64,000 nt of DNA from Methanobacteriota archaeon (GCA_003139855.1 PLGY01000037.1:28058-92057), one strand, 5' to 3'. Shown: positions 8,387-21,748, numbered from the stretch's first letter. Notes: a model not told the origin generated them from the sequence alone. Numbers and translations are program-made.

Positions 8387-8494
8387 CGCCGAGGAAGGGA
8401 TTTGAACCCCTGCGAGGCAGAAGCCTCACCAGCTCTCATTGAACCTAAGAGGAACGCTCAAGGCTGGCGCCGTAGTCCACTTGGCTACCTCGGC
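8387..8494 (-). tRNA. tRNA-Ser (anticodon UGA) with an intron of about 22 nt at 37/38
   Basis: Manual fold: acceptor GCCGAGG/CCTCGGC, 3-bp D stem, anticodon stem CCAGC/GCTGG, loop CTTGAG..A interrupted by CGTTCCTCTTAGGTTCAATGAG, long variable arm TGAGGCTTCTGCCTCGC, and T arm AGGGG-TTCAAAT-CCCTT. Intron UCAA can pair with UUGA of the anticodon loop, consistent with a bulge-helix-bulge. Confidence 0.85.
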
Positions 8495-8567
8495 CATCTA
8501 CTCGTCCGGTACAATTGCTTCGGCTCGCACATTTTTCAAGCAAAATCAGCTTGAATGGGCGAGACCA

Positions 8568-8876
8568 TCACCCTTCCAGTACTATTTCGATGTTGATATC
8601 TTTCGGGACTTGTATTCTCATGAGTTGCCGAAGCGCGCGCTCATCAGCATCAAGATCGATAAGTCGTTTGTGGACGCGCATTTCCCAGTGCTCCCATGTG
8701 GCCGTCCCTTCGCCGTCGGGGCTTTTTCGCGTCGGTACTTTGAGCCTTTTCGTGGGAAGAGGGACTGGCCCGGACAGGTTGACTCCCGTCCTGTCGGCTA
8801 TGCTCTTAACTTGTTCACAAACGTGATCAAGCATTTCCGGGCTCGTTCCTGAAAGCCTTATTCTTGCTTTTTGCAT
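8568..8876 (-). CDS. rps10: 30S ribosomal protein S10
   Basis: 102-aa ORF ([14 protein letters not shown]..., [20 protein letters not shown]) directly downstream of EF-1alpha. Confidence 0.95.
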   Translation of the reverse strand: MQKARIRLSGTSPEMLDHVCEQVKSIADRTGVNLSGPVPLPTKRLKVPTRKSPDGEGTATWEHWEMRVHKRLIDLDADERALRQLMRIQVPKDINIEIVLEG

Positions 8877-8890
8877 TCAATCACGTGACG

Positions 8891-10156
8891 TTACCGAGGG
8901 ATTATGTCGATGCACATGCCCGCTGCGATAGTTTGTCCCATGTCCCGAATGGCAAAGCGGCCCAATTGCGGTATCTCTTTTACCTTCTCTATCACCAATG
9001 GCTTTGTCGGCCGGACTTGTATGATGGCTGCATCGCCTGTTTTGATGAAGTCTGGGTTGGACTGTTTTACTTGACCAGTTCTAGGATCAAGCTTTGCCTT
9101 GATTTCCGTAAAGGTGCATGCCACCTGCGCAGTGTGCGCATGGAACACGGGCGTGTAGCCCGCAGTTATCGCACTTGGATGCTGCAAAACGACGATCTGG
9201 GCCGTAAATTCCTTCGCGACACTTGGTGGCGTGTCTTGATGACCGGTGACATCACCGCGCTTAATATCCTTCTTAGCAACTCCCCGGACGTTGAAACCTA
9301 CGTTATCTCCTGGAGTGGCCTCTGGGATCTCTTCGTGATGCATTTCTATTGATTTAATTTCCCCTCGGACATTTGCGGGCTCGAATATTACCTTGTCTCC
9401 CCGCTTCATTGTGCCCGTTTCGACTCTGCCAACGGGCACCGTCCCGATACCTGAGATCGTGTATACGTCCTGTATGGGTAATCTGAGAGGTAATTTGACC
9501 GGTTTTTCAGGAACTTTGAACTTGTTGATCTCCTGTAACAGCGTCTCACCGCCGTACCACGGCATGTTGTCACTGAGTTTGGTTACGTTATCGCCTTTAA
9601 ACGCCGAAACTGGGACATACTGAACGTCTTCTTCCTTGTACCCAACTGTTTTCAGTAGCTTTCCTACTTCGTCTTTGACTTCATTGAACCGCTTCTCGCT
9701 AAAATCTGAAGCATCCATTTTGTTGATCGCTATGATCAGCTGATTGATTCCGAGTGTGCGTGCAAGGAAGACGTGCTCTTTTGTTTGAGCCATTACACCA
9801 TCAGGCGCTGCAACCACTAATATCGCAGCATCAGCCTGTGATGCTCCGGTGATCATATTCTTTACGAAGTCACGGTGACCGGGACAGTCGACGATAGTGA
9901 AGTAGTAGTTTTCGGTATCGAATCGCTGGTGTGCTATGTCGATTGTGACGCCGCGTTCGCGTTCTTCCTTGAGCGAGTCCATTACCCAGGCAAACTCAAA
10001 GGATCCTTTGCCCTTTGCCTCTGCCTCTTTCTTGTATGACTCAATTATGTGCGCACCTACATTGCCAGTCTCGAACAGCAGCCTTCCAACTAATGTGCTC
10101 TTGCCGTGGTCAACGTGACCTATCATTGCTAAGTTTAAATGGGGCTTTGCAGCCAT
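8891..10156 (-). CDS. tuf: translation elongation factor EF-1 alpha
   Basis: GTPase motifs [17 protein letters not shown] and NKMD. Full-length at 421 aa. Confidence 0.97.
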   Translation of the reverse strand: MAAKPHLNLAMIGHVDHGKSTLVGRLLFETGNVGAHIIESYKKEAEAKGKGSFEFAWVMDSLKEERERGVTIDIAHQRFDTENYYFTIVDCPGHRDFVKNMITGASQADAAILVVAAPDGVMAQTKEHVFLARTLGINQLIIAINKMDASDFSEKRFNEVKDEVGKLLKTVGYKEEDVQYVPVSAFKGDNVTKLSDNMPWYGGETLLQEINKFKVPEKPVKLPLRLPIQDVYTISGIGTVPVGRVETGTMKRGDKVIFEPANVRGEIKSIEMHHEEIPEATPGDNVGFNVRGVAKKDIKRGDVTGHQDTPPSVAKEFTAQIVVLQHPSAITAGYTPVFHAHTAQVACTFTEIKAKLDPRTGQVKQSNPDFIKTGDAAIIQVRPTKPLVIEKVKEIPQLGRFAIRDMGQTIAAGMCIDIIPR

Positions 10157-10174
10157 TTTTGTTCTTTCCTCCTT

Positions 10175-12364
10175 TCAGCCTATGAAGTCGTGTGGTTTTG
10201 GCAGCTCAGCTTTTAGGCCTTTTCTCTGCCTTATCTCTTTTACTATCTCTAGTTGTAAGCTTTGTGTCAACACCTCAAATCCGAGGAACTCCGTGCTCCA
10301 TATAGCGCGGCCTTCTGTCGCTGATCGCAAATCTCCAGCAAAACCAAACATTTCGGCGACTGGGGTTTTACCAACCACAACTACCGTGTCGCCTTCAGAA
10401 TCGAGATCCAATATTTGACCGCGCCTTGCTTGTATTTGTTGCGTCGCACTTCCCATCAGGCTTTGGGGGACGCTGATAAAAACCTTCTGCATCGGTTCAA
10501 GTACCACGTCCTTGGCCATCAGGATGGCCGCGAATATCGCCGATCTAACGGCAGGTATGACTTGCGCAGGACCTCGATGGACTGCGTCTTCGTGTAAGGT
10601 GACATCGACCAGTTTCACTTTTATGCCCTCACAGGGTTCTCGTGTTAATGGCCCGGTCTTCATTGCTTCCTCGAATCCCTCTATAATCAGTTCCATCGTT
10701 TCGCGCAGATATTGGATGCCTTTGGTCAGGTCTAAGAGAAGGTTTGATACGAAGACATCGGCGACGTTTCGCGCTTCATCTTTTTCGAGGCCCGCTTCTA
10801 TTAAGATCGCTCGCCGTTCAGTTTCTGGGGCATTCATGTTGACGGCGCCCTCCTTTAGTAAAGCAATTACATCGCGCGGTAACGCTTCCACTTCGAAGTA
10901 GAACCGGTTATGCCGGTTCGGAGACTTGCCTTCGACGGGTCCCGCGCGGCCTTGAACTGTCTCCCTATATACCACAATCGGTTCTGACGTGGTGATTTGT
11001 ACGTTTTTATCTCTCTCGATTTTGTGGGCAATTATCTCGAGGTGCAGTTCGCCCATGCCAGATATCAAGTGTTCTCCAGTCTCTTCATTGATCGTCACCC
11101 GCAGCGTCGGATCCTCCTTAGAGACTTGTCGTAGCACTTCAACGAGCTTGGGCAAGTCTCTCATGTTCTTCGCTTCGATAGCAACCGTAACTACCGGCTC
11201 ACTTGCGTGCTTAATGCTTTCAAAAGGAGCAACGCCTTTTAGAGAAGAAACGGTCGAGCCCACTATCGCGTCTCGCAGTCCGGTGACGGCCGCGATGTTA
11301 CCGGCTGGAATTCGCTCAACTTCGATCCGCTCTGCGCCCATAAATATGCCTACCTGTTGAATTCGATTTTTGTTTGGCATGCCCGAAACTGCAAGCTCTT
11401 GTCCGCGCTCGAGCGATCCCGAAAAAAGTCGCCCTGTCGCGACTTCGCCTGCGTGAGGGTCGATAGATATGTCGGTAACCATGAACTGTACTGGACCGTG
11501 TTGGTCGCAACTCAACATCGCTTTGCCCTCATCCGAGTTCTTGTCTCCGTGCCATATGACAGGGACGCGTTGCTTTTGCGCTTGCAGCGGATTTGGGAGG
11601 TGCGTGATGACCATATTTAACACTATTTCATGAAGCGGGCTGCGGTCTGCAAGATCTTTTTGCTTGTCATTTGCACAATATTCATATACATCTTTGAATG
11701 TGATCTTCGTTTTTTCCATTTGAGGTACGCTTAAGGCCCAGTTGTACAGTGCGGATCCGAACGCAACAGAACCATCATCGACCTTAACTTTCCAGCCCTC
11801 ATTGAACTTTTCCTCGCTCATCCCCTTGATCAGCTTGTTCACATGATTGATCAGATTGACGAACTTGCCCATCATAGCCTGCGGATCCAATTTGAGCTCG
11901 TTGACAAGTCTGTCGACTTTGTTAATGAAGAGAATTGGTTTGACGTTTTCCTTTAGCGCTTGGCGCAAAACTGTTTCTGTTTGGGGCATCGTGCCTTCAA
12001 CGGCATCGACTACGACGACTGCTCCGTCAACCGCTCGCATGGCCCGCGTGACGTCTCCCCCGAAGTCTACGTGCCCCGGCGTATCGATGAGGTTGATTAA
12101 GTACTCGTTCCCAAGAAACTCGTGAACCATCGATACGTTCGCTGCGTTGATTGTGATACCTCTCGCTTGTTCTTCTTCGTCAAAGTCCATGAATAGTTGT
12201 GTGCCAGCGAGCTCCTTTGAAATCATGCCTGCCCCGGCGAGCAGATTGTCAGAAAGCGTAGTCTTGCCGTGATCTATGTGCGCTACAATCCCTATGTTGC
12301 GTATATTTTCGGGGCGGTCCATGAGCGTTGTGACGCGCTCAACCATTTTTTGTCTGCTTACCAT
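10175..12364 (-). CDS. fusA: translation elongation factor EF-2
   Basis: [17 protein letters not shown] and NKVDR motifs, plus a diphthamide-region [11 protein letters not shown]. 729 aa with no insertion. Confidence 0.97.
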   Translation of the reverse strand: MVSRQKMVERVTTLMDRPENIRNIGIVAHIDHGKTTLSDNLLAGAGMISKELAGTQLFMDFDEEEQARGITINAANVSMVHEFLGNEYLINLIDTPGHVDFGGDVTRAMRAVDGAVVVVDAVEGTMPQTETVLRQALKENVKPILFINKVDRLVNELKLDPQAMMGKFVNLINHVNKLIKGMSEEKFNEGWKVKVDDGSVAFGSALYNWALSVPQMEKTKITFKDVYEYCANDKQKDLADRSPLHEIVLNMVITHLPNPLQAQKQRVPVIWHGDKNSDEGKAMLSCDQHGPVQFMVTDISIDPHAGEVATGRLFSGSLERGQELAVSGMPNKNRIQQVGIFMGAERIEVERIPAGNIAAVTGLRDAIVGSTVSSLKGVAPFESIKHASEPVVTVAIEAKNMRDLPKLVEVLRQVSKEDPTLRVTINEETGEHLISGMGELHLEIIAHKIERDKNVQITTSEPIVVYRETVQGRAGPVEGKSPNRHNRFYFEVEALPRDVIALLKEGAVNMNAPETERRAILIEAGLEKDEARNVADVFVSNLLLDLTKGIQYLRETMELIIEGFEEAMKTGPLTREPCEGIKVKLVDVTLHEDAVHRGPAQVIPAVRSAIFAAILMAKDVVLEPMQKVFISVPQSLMGSATQQIQARRGQILDLDSEGDTVVVVGKTPVAEMFGFAGDLRSATEGRAIWSTEFLGFEVLTQSLQLEIVKEIRQRKGLKAELPKPHDFIG

Positions 12365-12386
12365 GTGCTTCGCCGAAAATACTACA

Positions 12387-12959
12387 CTACCGTGCTGCCT
12401 TAGCCACTCGTTCTTTTTCTTCTTTCTTGCTTATCGAGAAGCTTCGTACGTCATTCTTTGCTGCAGCTATAATCTCTGATGCGAGACAATCATCAAAGGT
12501 GCGTTTACTTTTAAATGCAGTCTTTTTAGCGCCTTGCGCGATGAACATAAGCGCTAAATCGACCCGCCGCTGTGACGCAGTGTCGACAGCTTTTGGGACC
12601 GATATGCCGCCGTATCTCAATCGTACTGTCTCTTCCCGAGGTCCGGCATTTTCGACGGCTTGAATGAGCAACTGCACCGGGTTCTCCTTTGTACGCGTGT
12701 TTATTGTTTCGAATGACTTTTTTACAGTGTCATAGGCCTTGATTTTCTTTCCCGTGTTGCCTGCTCCGCGCATGAGTTTGTTGGTTAGCCGCTCGACGAT
12801 AGATAAGTTTGACTTGTTGAATTGCTGGCGCGCGTGTTTTCCGCCGGTGTGAATTGCTGGTGATTCAAAGTGAACGTAGCGCTTTACACCTGGGTCTTCA
12901 ACGTGAATGTCGGCAATCTCCCACTTGCCGAAGGGTAAGCTATTGTTATCTGTTGGCAT
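12387..12959 (-). CDS. rps7: 30S ribosomal protein S7
   Basis: 190-aa ORF in the conserved S12-S7-EF2 order, with typical S7 C-terminal helices. Confidence 0.95.
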   Translation of the reverse strand: MPTDNNSLPFGKWEIADIHVEDPGVKRYVHFESPAIHTGGKHARQQFNKSNLSIVERLTNKLMRGAGNTGKKIKAYDTVKKSFETINTRTKENPVQLLIQAVENAGPREETVRLRYGGISVPKAVDTASQRRVDLALMFIAQGAKKTAFKSKRTFDDCLASEIIAAAKNDVRSFSISKKEEKERVAKAAR

Positions 12960-12963
12960 GTCC

Positions 12964-13392
12964 CTACCTTACTGGTTTTTCTTTTCTGCCGCGGACCATT
13001 TCTTCAAGAGAAACGTTGTTCACCTTTATGACCTTAAACCGCACGCCTGGGATATCTCCCATTGAGCCACCCATTCTGCCGCCAATCCCTTCCACGGTTA
13101 CCTCGTCGTGCTCGTCGATGAAGTTTGTCGCTGCTACCCCGGGGCAGAAGGCGGTTACTTGTCGTCCGTTTTTGATCAGTTGGATTCTGACGCACTTGCG
13201 TATAGCTGAGTTTGGCTGCTTTGCTTCCACTCCGACTTTTTCAAGCACGATTCCTCGTGCTTGCGGTGCGCCTTCTAACGGGTTCGCTTTTTCGTCCAGA
13301 TGGAGTACGCGACGGCTGAAGTTTTTGTCACTCCATCGAAGCGCTTTGTGGTCTTTTTTCAGTTTGCGTGCCGAATAGATGCCCTTTCCCAT
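12964..13392 (-). CDS. rps12: 30S ribosomal protein S12
   Basis: 142-aa ORF with the [14 protein letters not shown] motif. Confidence 0.95.
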   Translation of the reverse strand: MGKGIYSARKLKKDHKALRWSDKNFSRRVLHLDEKANPLEGAPQARGIVLEKVGVEAKQPNSAIRKCVRIQLIKNGRQVTAFCPGVAATNFIDEHDEVTVEGIGGRMGGSMGDIPGVRFKVIKVNNVSLEEMVRGRKEKPVR

Positions 13393-13414
13393 GATGACTC
13401 CTCGTTTGAAGGAA

Positions 13415-13846
13415 CTACTGAATAATCACATCTGCTAGGCCGTGGTGCCTTTGCGCAAGCAATTTTGCTTTTTGAATGTTTCTCCCGTTTTTTCCAATCG
13501 CTATTCCACGATCCTTGGACATGACTTCAACGTAGGCAAGTTTCCTGTTCTCTTTTACAACGACTTGTACTTTCTTAACGAAAACGGGTTGAAGTGCATT
13601 GGCAACGAACTCGTCGACTTCATCGGAGTACTCGACTATTTCGACGTGTTTCCCTACCGATCTTTTCACTCTGTTTATATTGTTGCCATTCTTGCCGATC
13701 GCGAGGCCCATATCCCCTTTCTTGACGACGAATATCACGCGATCGTTCTCGTCGTCGACATAGCAATCACGGGCGATTGCTTGGGTTAAACTCTCAAACA
13801 AGGCTATGTAGCGTATCCCTTCTGTTGTGAGCTTAACTTCTGTCAT
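13415..13846 (-). CDS. nusA: archaeal NusA-like protein (two KH domains)
   Basis: 143 aa with two GxxG KH motifs ([10 protein letters not shown] and [10 protein letters not shown]). Position between L30e and S12 is conserved. Confidence 0.9.
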   Translation of the reverse strand: MTEVKLTTEGIRYIALFESLTQAIARDCYVDDENDRVIFVVKKGDMGLAIGKNGNNINRVKRSVGKHVEIVEYSDEVDEFVANALQPVFVKKVQVVVKENRKLAYVEVMSKDRGIAIGKNGRNIQKAKLLAQRHHGLADVIIQ

Positions 13847-14147
13847 TATTTATCTCCTTTTCCCTTAGAGACATAATGTCTGAAGATCCTGGATCCACGA
13901 TCGAAAGGGCGGATATCGTGAACGGCTTTCCACAAACTGATCCTAATTCTACGCTGTTGACCTCGAGACTTGCATTAGGCACAGCGCTTGATAATATTAT
14001 ATCGCGAAACCATTGCGGACAGTTAGAGGCCAGGATAACCAACTGCGCGTCGCCTTTCTGGATTGATTTAAGCGTGTTCTTTGCGCCTACCGCGACTGTT
14101 CCGTCTCTTATTGCCGTTCTTAAGGATTTAGCGATATCTAGCTCCAT
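13833..14147 (-). CDS. rpl30e: 50S ribosomal protein L30e
   Basis: 104 aa with the L7Ae/L30e-fold pattern (GAKNTLKSIQKGDAQLVILASNCP). Position is conserved. Confidence 0.9.
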   Translation of the reverse strand: MELDIAKSLRTAIRDGTVAVGAKNTLKSIQKGDAQLVILASNCPQWFRDIILSSAVPNASLEVNSVELGSVCGKPFTISALSIVDPGSSDIMSLREKEINNDRS

Positions 14148-14161
14148 TTTTGCCTCAGAAT

Positions 14162-15301
14162 TTATGCTTTGCTCGTTTTTGCGATTAGCTTAACGTCGCC
14201 AGTTCCGAGTAGAATATGCTGGCCCACAATCACGTTCTCGGTGACCCCAGCAAGCTCGTCTGTCTCGCCGCGGACGGCGGCATCGAGCAAGTGATTCACG
14301 GTGACTTCAAAAGCAGCTCGCGACAGCACACTCGTTTTTTCTCCTGCAATACCGTGCCGCCCAATTTGTTTCACTTCGCCATCAACCGTCATCATATCTG
14401 CCACAAGCATTATATGCCTAACATCAACTGTCAGCCCTTGCTCACGCAACGTGCTCATTGCCTCTTCGATGATGGAGTTCCGGGCTGCTTCGATACCCAA
14501 AACCTCATGCATCTCGTTAATGTTATTTGTCCTCGTTCGGGTCGCGTCAATGTGCGCCAGCGGTATCACCTTTTTTAAAGACGAACCTTCTGTATAGAGA
14601 ACGTACTCCTTGCCTTCTTTTCGTACGACGACCCGTTTAATATCCTCGATGCCTTTAATGACCATTGTCCTAACTTTTTCTACGATTTGAAGCAGCGCTC
14701 TGTAGCGCTTGACTGAAGGGCTCAATACGACGTTAGATCCATCAACGCGAACATCGACATCCTGAAGCGCCTGAAGTTTAGTCACAACGGCGTCCAAATC
14801 GACACCGCGCTGTTGCATAACCCGGTCATCAAATTCTACATAGATCTGCATCTCATCAGTATCAGTAAGGATATCTGCAATGTCGCTTACCCGCGTCGCT
14901 TCAATCTCCCAGCCAAATTGCAAGGCTTTGTCTCGGTCATTCGCGCTCTCGGCTTCGAGATATATCGTCATCATCGGTGTATCAGGTACTTTCCGAGCGT
15001 CGACTATTTCTATGAGCCTTGGAAGTCCAAGCGTAACATTTATGTCAGCTACCCCTGCGTAGTGAAACGTCCTCATTGTCATTTGCGTTCCGGGTTCTCC
15101 GATTGACTGGGCTGCGATCGTTCCAACGGCCTCACACGGTTCCACTTTTGATCTTGCGTACTCGTCTTGAGTCGCTTGAAGTATCTCAGTGATTTCGTTT
15201 TCGGACAGCTGCAAGCTATTTAACTCTGCAAATAGATCGTTTCTTACGTTCAAAGGCAATTTGAGCCCACTTATTGCTTCTTGAAGATCCATCGAATTCA
15301 C
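14162..15301 (-). CDS. rpoA2: DNA-directed RNA polymerase subunit A''
   Basis: 379 aa equivalent to the C-terminal third of Rpb1 ([13 protein letters not shown], trigger-loop region). 4-nt overlap with rpoA1. Confidence 0.95.
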   Translation of the reverse strand: MNSMDLQEAISGLKLPLNVRNDLFAELNSLQLSENEITEILQATQDEYARSKVEPCEAVGTIAAQSIGEPGTQMTMRTFHYAGVADINVTLGLPRLIEIVDARKVPDTPMMTIYLEAESANDRDKALQFGWEIEATRVSDIADILTDTDEMQIYVEFDDRVMQQRGVDLDAVVTKLQALQDVDVRVDGSNVVLSPSVKRYRALLQIVEKVRTMVIKGIEDIKRVVVRKEGKEYVLYTEGSSLKKVIPLAHIDATRTRTNNINEMHEVLGIEAARNSIIEEAMSTLREQGLTVDVRHIMLVADMMTVDGEVKQIGRHGIAGEKTSVLSRAAFEVTVNHLLDAAVRGETDELAGVTENVIVGQHILLGTGDVKLIAKTSKA

Positions 15302-17955
15302 CCGCTCCCGTGTTTTTCAATGACGTCCTGTACGATTTTCTGTACGTTGACGGATTTCCCATAGTTGCTCTTAGTGGGGTCAATGCCGTCTTCCCCGTAA
15401 ACGAACTGAACCACTTTCTCTCCAGATCGCACTGTCCCGTCATATTCCACTTCTAGGTCTTGGAGCGCGTTTATGAGCCGTCTTTGGAGGTATCCAGACT
15501 GAGACGTCCTAACTGCCGTGTCGACAAGTCCCTCCCTCCCTCCAATAGCGTGAAAGAAGAATTCTGTCGGCGTCAGGCCCTTCTTGTAACTCGACCTGAC
15601 GAAGCCGCGCGCATCAGCACCAAGGTCGCCTTTTCGAAAATGAGGCAGCGTTCTATCATAGTATCCTCGTTTGATCCGCTCACCTCTCACTGACTGTTGA
15701 CCTACGCTGCCGGCCATCTGCGTGAGGTTCAACATTGACCCGCGCGCTCCGGAAACAGCCATCACGACAGCCGAATTGTCAAGTGCTAGCTCGCCTGCAA
15801 ATCCGAGGTTCTTCCCCGCAATTTCTCCTGCCTTATCTCTTGCGCGACCGAGTTCTTGCATTATTTTCATCTCTAGAGTTTCGTTAAGCGTCCGACCAGG
15901 CATAGATTCAAGCTCTCCGAATTCATAAGCATTTATTAGTGCCGAGACGCGCTCTTCCGCTTTTTCCATGATTTCTTCTATTTCCAATTGTGCCTGCTGA
16001 GAAACATCTTCGTCATCAATTCCGAAGCTGAACCCGAACGCCATGATGCTTCTTATCGCAAGTTTAGTAGCGTTATCTAGAAATCGCGACGCCTCTGTGA
16101 AACCAGTATCATGGTATTCCCTGATTATGCCATCCAGTATTGCGCCGCTAAAGGCCCCAATTGATTTTTCATCAATTATGCCACAAATCAAGTTGCCTGC
16201 TTCAATCTTTACGTATGCGTCTATTTCACAGTCAGTTTTGAGGCATACTGCGTGCATGACGCATTTCTTGGCCTTGAGTGTCAGATTTAGCTGCTCTGGG
16301 AGTACTTGACTGAACACCTGCTTGCCGCTGTAATAGGCTACGTCTTCTTCTACAATTGCAGGTGTGGGGAGCGGTTTTTCAACAGTGCACTTCCTGAGAA
16401 GCTCGTAGACCTCGCTTTTCGTAAATTTGGTACCTTTTTGGGTAAGCAAAAAGAGCCCGGAAATGTGGTCGTGTATCCCGCCAATAATCGGGCCGCCGAA
16501 CCTTGGGGAGAGGATGTTTTCCTCTACTTGCATAAGGATGCGTGCTTCGGCGCGCGCTTCTTCGGTTTGCGGCACGTGCAGGTTCATTTCGTCACCGTCG
16601 AAATCGGCGTTGTACGGTGGGCATACGGCTGGGTTTAGTCGAAAAGTCTTGAAAGGCATCACTTTGACTCTATGAGCCATGATGCTCATTCGGTGGAGTG
16701 ATGGCTGTCTGTTGAAAAGGACAATATCCCCGTCCTTCAGCTGTCTTTCGACGATCCACCCGTTTTCAACTGTCTCAGCGATCTCGTCTCCGTTCTTGTC
16801 TGTAACCTTCACGCGTTTCCCGTCAGGTCGTTTTACGTAGTTCGCCCCCGGGTGGTTAAGCGGGCCGCGCTTAATATACTCCTGCAAGTCGTCAATATTC
16901 CGCGGCGTCACAATAATAGGCACGGTCATCTCGTGGGCGATAGTTTCAGGAACGCCCACTTCATTCACACTGAGGTTGGGGTCGGGGGAAATGACAGTTC
17001 GTGCCGAGAAGTTCACTCTTTTACCTGAGAGGCTCCCTCTGAATCGCCCGTCTTTGCCTTTAAGTCTTTGCGAGAGCGTTTTCAAAGGCCTCCCGCTGCG
17101 ATGTCTTGCGGGGGGCACCCCTGACACTTCGTTATCAAGGAATGTAGTGACGTGATATTGCAAGAGTTCCCACAGGTCTTCGATAATGAGTTGTGGTGCG
17201 CCTGCCTCGCGATTCTCTTGAAATCGCTGGTTTATTCTGATGATGTCAACAAGCTTGTGCGTCAGGTCATCTTCGGATCTTTGTCCGTTTTCAAGTGTGA
17301 TAGAAGGTCGCGTCGTTACAGGCGGCACAGGCAAGACTGTTAGTATCATCCATTCCGGACGTACGTTACTTGCGTCGAGACCGAGCAGTTCAGTGTCGCT
17401 ATCCGGTATCCGTTCAAATCTATCGCGGATGTCTGCCGGCATCAGTTTGTGACTATCTTCAACGTAGCGAGTCGGCTTTTCGTACTTTATCTCCTTCTGC
17501 TGTTCAGCACAGTAAGGGCACGTGGTTGTTTTTCGCGCTTCTTTGATAACGTTTTTAACGGTCTCTTCAGTGGAGTAATTCTTGTCCTTCAGTTCGTGCA
17601 TTTTGAGAAGGAATTCGTGCTGCTGCATCTCGTCGAGCAACAAGTGTCCGCAGCGGCGACACGTGGCTCTAAGTGTTTTACGTATAAGCTTTGCAAATCC
17701 AACGTGGACTACGGGGGCGGCAAGTTCGATGTGGCCGAAGTGGCCAGGGCATTCGCCCGCACGCTGACCACATGTCTTGCATCGAAGGCCTGGGTCTATG
17801 ACTCCTAGCCGAGGATCCATAAGGCCCATTTCAATGGGGAAACCGTCATCGTCATAAGTGTCGGCAGTAATAACTTTCGTTACACTCATCTTCCGATATT
17901 CTTTTGGTGACAGCAATCCAAATTTGATTTTTCCGATTCGTTTAGGGCTACTCAT
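15298..17955 (-). CDS. rpoA1: DNA-directed RNA polymerase subunit A'
   Basis: 885 aa with zinc motifs ([20 protein letters not shown]) and the catalytic [10 protein letters not shown]. Confidence 0.97.
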   Translation of the reverse strand: MSSPKRIGKIKFGLLSPKEYRKMSVTKVITADTYDDDGFPIEMGLMDPRLGVIDPGLRCKTCGQRAGECPGHFGHIELAAPVVHVGFAKLIRKTLRATCRRCGHLLLDEMQQHEFLLKMHELKDKNYSTEETVKNVIKEARKTTTCPYCAEQQKEIKYEKPTRYVEDSHKLMPADIRDRFERIPDSDTELLGLDASNVRPEWMILTVLPVPPVTTRPSITLENGQRSEDDLTHKLVDIIRINQRFQENREAGAPQLIIEDLWELLQYHVTTFLDNEVSGVPPARHRSGRPLKTLSQRLKGKDGRFRGSLSGKRVNFSARTVISPDPNLSVNEVGVPETIAHEMTVPIIVTPRNIDDLQEYIKRGPLNHPGANYVKRPDGKRVKVTDKNGDEIAETVENGWIVERQLKDGDIVLFNRQPSLHRMSIMAHRVKVMPFKTFRLNPAVCPPYNADFDGDEMNLHVPQTEEARAEARILMQVEENILSPRFGGPIIGGIHDHISGLFLLTQKGTKFTKSEVYELLRKCTVEKPLPTPAIVEEDVAYYSGKQVFSQVLPEQLNLTLKAKKCVMHAVCLKTDCEIDAYVKIEAGNLICGIIDEKSIGAFSGAILDGIIREYHDTGFTEASRFLDNATKLAIRSIMAFGFSFGIDDEDVSQQAQLEIEEIMEKAEERVSALINAYEFGELESMPGRTLNETLEMKIMQELGRARDKAGEIAGKNLGFAGELALDNSAVVMAVSGARGSMLNLTQMAGSVGQQSVRGERIKRGYYDRTLPHFRKGDLGADARGFVRSSYKKGLTPTEFFFHAIGGREGLVDTAVRTSQSGYLQRRLINALQDLEVEYDGTVRSGEKVVQFVYGEDGIDPTKSNYGKSVNVQKIVQDVIEKHGSG

Positions 17956-17968
17956 GTGATCCTCCCGA

Positions 17969-19786
17969 TTAGACCGCGTCCTCTAGTTCAAGGCGTGGGG
18001 CAATACCAAGGGCCTTCATCTCATCCAGCAGCAATTTGAAAGCGTAGCTCATTTCAACTTTGTAGATATCGGTATCTGCTCCGCAACTGGGGCAATAGAC
18101 CACGTTACGACGTTTATCAAAAGTGGCTATCATCCCGCACGTAGTACATACATACTCCTCAACTTTGTCCGATTCGTCGACGAGTCGCTCTTTCAACGCC
18201 AAAGCTGCGCCGTGACCTATCATTACATCTCGCTCCATCTCGCCGAACCGTAATCCTCCTTCGCGCGCTCGACCTTCGGTCGGTTGATGCGTTAGCACTT
18301 GGACGGGTCCACGGGATCGCGCGTGCAGTTTTTCTGACACCATGTGGTGCAGCTTTTGGTAAAGGATCAGGCCGATAAACATGTCAGCTGCCAGCTTTTC
18401 GCCCGTGATTCCGTCGTACAGTACCTCTTTCCCCGTATGCGAGAAGCCGTTTCTTTTCAACGCCGCCCTCAAAGTGACTTCAGGTTCGCCAGAAAACGCA
18501 GTCCCATTTATCCGCCTTCCTTCTAGACTCCCGACCTTTCCGCCTATCATTTCCAAAACGTGGCCCACGGTCATTCGCGATGGGATCGCGTGAGGATTGA
18601 TGATCAGATCAGGAACGATCCCGTCTTCGGTAAATGGCATGTCCTCTTGCGGTACGATGAGCCCGATTACACCCTTCTGTCCGTGTCTCGAAGCGAACTT
18701 GTCTCCTAGTTCTGGTACTCTTTGATCCCTGGTTCTAACTTTGACTAATCTGGATCCGTTCTCGCCTTCCGTAATGATGACTGCGTCTACAACGCCACTT
18801 TCGTTCGAACGCATCGTGACAGAGGTTTCACGTCTTTTTTGGGTGCTAATGCCACCAAGCTCTGTCGGCTCTTCGAGAAATCTTGGCGGGCTCGTCTTTC
18901 CTACGAGTACATCATTTGGTTGCACTTCGGCTTCTGGATTGACGAAACCGTCTTCGTCTAGGTTTGCATAAACTTCAGGGCCTCGGGCGCCGCGAACTTC
19001 CGCGTCAGGTATCTCAAACTTATCTTCTTGCCCCCCGGGATATCGGCGTTCTTCAGCTTCGTAAGTACGGAAAAAGTGGCTCCTGCCAAGTCCTCGTTCG
19101 ATCGAGTTCTTGTTGATAATGAGGGCGTCTTCAATGTTGTAGCCCTCGTAGGATTGGACGGCGACAACGAAGTTCTGTCCTGAAAGCCTGTCGTCAAAGC
19201 CTACCGCTTCCATTGCGTTAGTTTTTACGATTCCGAGCTGTGGATAATGTAAATAGTGCGAGCGGGTGTCAGGTCTGAGCTTCCAGTTGGCGCACGAAGC
19301 GCCTAACGACTGCTTTATCATTCCCGCCCCCATTGTGTTGCGCGGCGATGCATTATGCTCCGGGTATGGGACCAACCCCGTAGCTATTCCCAAAATGAGC
19401 GAGGGATCGATCTCGAGGTGCGTATGTTCACTTGTTAGATCTTCGGGCGCGACAGCAACGTAGATATTCTCTTCCTCTTCGGCATCGATGTACTCAATGA
19501 GTCCGTTCTCTATCAAATCATCAAAAGAAAATTCTCCTTGCTTGAGCTTCTGGATGTGCTCTTCGGAAATGAGCGGTGCTCCCCGCTCGATAATTATAAG
19601 TGGCCTACGGGCTCTGCCAGAATCCGTGTTTATATTGATTTCGTTCGTGTCTTCGTGATAAGCAATATTTATCAGATGCGGAAGCTCTCCGCGTCTTCGT
19701 TTTGTTCGAAATTGGTCAACAAATTGTCTTGGATTGCTGTGCGTTCCCTTAAGGGCGCCATCAAGGTAAATCCTCGCTTCACTCAT
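17969..19786 (-). CDS. rpoB1: DNA-directed RNA polymerase subunit B'
   Basis: C-terminal half of Rpb2 ([13 protein letters not shown]; C-terminal Zn ribbon CTTCG...CPSCG). ATG at 19786 ([10 protein letters not shown]) overlaps the rpoB2 stop by 8 nt, and the longer track ORF start is rejected. Confidence 0.95.
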   Translation of the reverse strand: MSEARIYLDGALKGTHSNPRQFVDQFRTKRRRGELPHLINIAYHEDTNEININTDSGRARRPLIIIERGAPLISEEHIQKLKQGEFSFDDLIENGLIEYIDAEEEENIYVAVAPEDLTSEHTHLEIDPSLILGIATGLVPYPEHNASPRNTMGAGMIKQSLGASCANWKLRPDTRSHYLHYPQLGIVKTNAMEAVGFDDRLSGQNFVVAVQSYEGYNIEDALIINKNSIERGLGRSHFFRTYEAEERRYPGGQEDKFEIPDAEVRGARGPEVYANLDEDGFVNPEAEVQPNDVLVGKTSPPRFLEEPTELGGISTQKRRETSVTMRSNESGVVDAVIITEGENGSRLVKVRTRDQRVPELGDKFASRHGQKGVIGLIVPQEDMPFTEDGIVPDLIINPHAIPSRMTVGHVLEMIGGKVGSLEGRRINGTAFSGEPEVTLRAALKRNGFSHTGKEVLYDGITGEKLAADMFIGLILYQKLHHMVSEKLHARSRGPVQVLTHQPTEGRAREGGLRFGEMERDVMIGHGAALALKERLVDESDKVEEYVCTTCGMIATFDKRRNVVYCPSCGADTDIYKVEMSYAFKLLLDEMKALGIAPRLELEDAV

Positions 19787-21344
19787 CAGTTTCAACCTCC
19801 GACACCACTTCTTGTCCGATGGGCGTATAACCAAGCTCTTCTAGTGCAGACAGGACAGTAGTTTCGTCTTCCAGAGCGGTTGAAAGTTCGACCTGCTGGG
19901 CAAAGTTCTTTACGAGCCCACAGTTTGGGCCTTCTGGTGTCTCACTCGGACAGATGCGGCCCCATTGAGTCGGGTGCAGGTCACGGGCTTCAAAGTGAGG
20001 CTGCGCTCGAGACAGCGGTGAAATTACCCTTCTCAAATGCGATAACATCGCCATATAGTCGGTTCGGTCAAGGAGCTGCGACACGCCTGTTCGCCCCCCG
20101 ACCCAGTTCCCAGTGGCAAGGGGGTGGGTGAGCCTCTCTGTTAAGACGTCTGCCCTCACGGCAGTCAACACATTGAGTTCACGGTTTCTCATGTCCGCTC
20201 GCTCAAGCTGGTACTTAATGTCTCTTGTAAGTCGACTAAACGACACGCGAAAGAGATCTTCCATCAGATCGCCAGCGAGTTTCAAACGCTTGTTAGCGTA
20301 GTGGTCTTTGTCATCTTCTCCGCGTTTGTGCAGAGCAAGTTTGAAGCATGCTTCCGCCATTCTCCCGAGAAAGTGCGCTTTGACTAGTCGGGCTTCTTCC
20401 TCGGAGAGAAGAGGATCATTTAAATGGGGCAGAAGATACCGATCGACAACATAATTAGACCTTTTCGCCTGATATTCGGTAGCTTGGCCCGCAGCAACTT
20501 TCTCGCCGAGCCTTTTCATTGATAATTCCTGAATTCTTTGGTGGTATGGTTCAAGCGACTCTTCTGCGTCTTGCGGAAAGTCTTCGGCCTCCTCGATGTT
20601 CTCCAACATGAATTTGATGATTTCAGGATCGTCGGATATAGATTGGACAATGTCTTGATCAGTCACGAGACCAAGCGCTCTGACAAGCATTATGTAGTTG
20701 ATTCGCCCGGAAACTGAGGGGAATGAGACCTCAAGAATCGAGTCACGCCCCCTTTCTACCATAACCAGCGCTTTGTACCCTCTGCGCTGTGAAAAAACTT
20801 TAGCGACCTCTATGCGTCCCCCATAGCGTTCATCATACTCAGCAAAGATTTTGTTCGGTGCGAGATCCTCGAGGGTTATTATTACCCGCTCTGATCCGCT
20901 GACGATGAAGTATCCGCCGGGATCCGCTGGATCTTCGCCCAGCTTGACCATCTGACCGTCGGAGAGTCTTGAGAGGTTGCATGCCTTCGAACCCACCATT
21001 ATCGGCATTAGTCCAACTGTGACTTCCTCAGGTTCTTTTTCGATGTCTCCCTGTATGAGGGTCATTTCAAGAAAAATTGGTGCGGCATACGTAATATTTC
21101 GAAGTCGCGCTTCCGTGGGGTAAAGCTCCTCGAGCGAGCCGTCTGCTTCGCGCACTTTTGGCGTATCAACCCGAATACGGCCAAGCTTCACAAGAAGGCC
21201 GGGGACATCCGTATCGATAGCTGCCTGTTCATCAATGATTTTCTGCAACCCTCTCTCGATAAAATCGTCAAAAGAGTTGATGTGATGTTGCGCAATCTTG
21301 TCTCTTGTGAAATAGCTTCTGGATATTGGCTCTCTGTCTATCAA
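19779..21344 (-). CDS. rpoB2: DNA-directed RNA polymerase subunit B''
   Basis: 521 aa equivalent to the N-terminal half of Rpb2. This is a split rpoB arrangement. Confidence 0.95.
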   Translation of the reverse strand: MIDREPISRSYFTRDKIAQHHINSFDDFIERGLQKIIDEQAAIDTDVPGLLVKLGRIRVDTPKVREADGSLEELYPTEARLRNITYAAPIFLEMTLIQGDIEKEPEEVTVGLMPIMVGSKACNLSRLSDGQMVKLGEDPADPGGYFIVSGSERVIITLEDLAPNKIFAEYDERYGGRIEVAKVFSQRRGYKALVMVERGRDSILEVSFPSVSGRINYIMLVRALGLVTDQDIVQSISDDPEIIKFMLENIEEAEDFPQDAEESLEPYHQRIQELSMKRLGEKVAAGQATEYQAKRSNYVVDRYLLPHLNDPLLSEEEARLVKAHFLGRMAEACFKLALHKRGEDDKDHYANKRLKLAGDLMEDLFRVSFSRLTRDIKYQLERADMRNRELNVLTAVRADVLTERLTHPLATGNWVGGRTGVSQLLDRTDYMAMLSHLRRVISPLSRAQPHFEARDLHPTQWGRICPSETPEGPNCGLVKNFAQQVELSTALEDETTVLSALEELGYTPIGQEVVSEVETDE

Positions 21345-21348
21345 ATTC

Positions 21349-21597
21349 TCACCCCATTTTTGTGTCGATTACGAGACGGTAGGATACGGCTTCGTCCGCC
21401 GTCAGACTCCGGCGTTTTATTCTTATTACGTGATCTTTTTGTGCTTTAATTTCTTTGCACGCAGGATCTGTAACCAATATTTTAGGCAGTTGCTTGAGCT
21501 CGATGCCGTATCGCGCTAGCAACTCGTGCACTTCTTCGTCAGACATGATGGAGTGTTCAGGCACCATTTCATGCTGTAGAACGTTCAGGTTTTTCAT
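21349..21597 (-). CDS. rpoH: DNA-directed RNA polymerase subunit H
   Basis: Rpb5 C-terminal-like sequence (HEMVPEH.., PKILVTDPA, VIRIKRRS). The ATG at 21597 is preceded by GGAGGTG. Confidence 0.9.
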   Translation of the reverse strand: MKNLNVLQHEMVPEHSIMSDEEVHELLARYGIELKQLPKILVTDPACKEIKAQKDHVIRIKRRSLTADEAVSYRLVIDTKMG

Positions 21598-21748
21598 GCG
21601 CACCTCCAAACTGCATCCTAGAGGGACAAAGATGAATGGATTCGAAATTCTGCAAAGCAGATCTTTATTCTCCGAGCGTCGTTCAATCTGTTCTGTTATC
21701 AGCTACGTCGAGATTTGTTGCGTTTGTCGTTTAGCCAGCGATAGAAGA

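Noticed and set aside
8176-8852. ORFs 8176-8439 (-), 8439-8852 (+) and 8515-8826 (+).
   Set aside because: They overlap the tRNA-Ser gene and/or the conserved rps10 gene, and no motifs are present.
13391-13422. ATGATGA ... CTGA between rps12 and nusA, considered as a C/D box sRNA.
   Set aside because: The ATGATGA is simply the reverse complement context of the rps12 start codon. There is no terminal stem, the spacer is 20 nt, and there are no C'/D' boxes.
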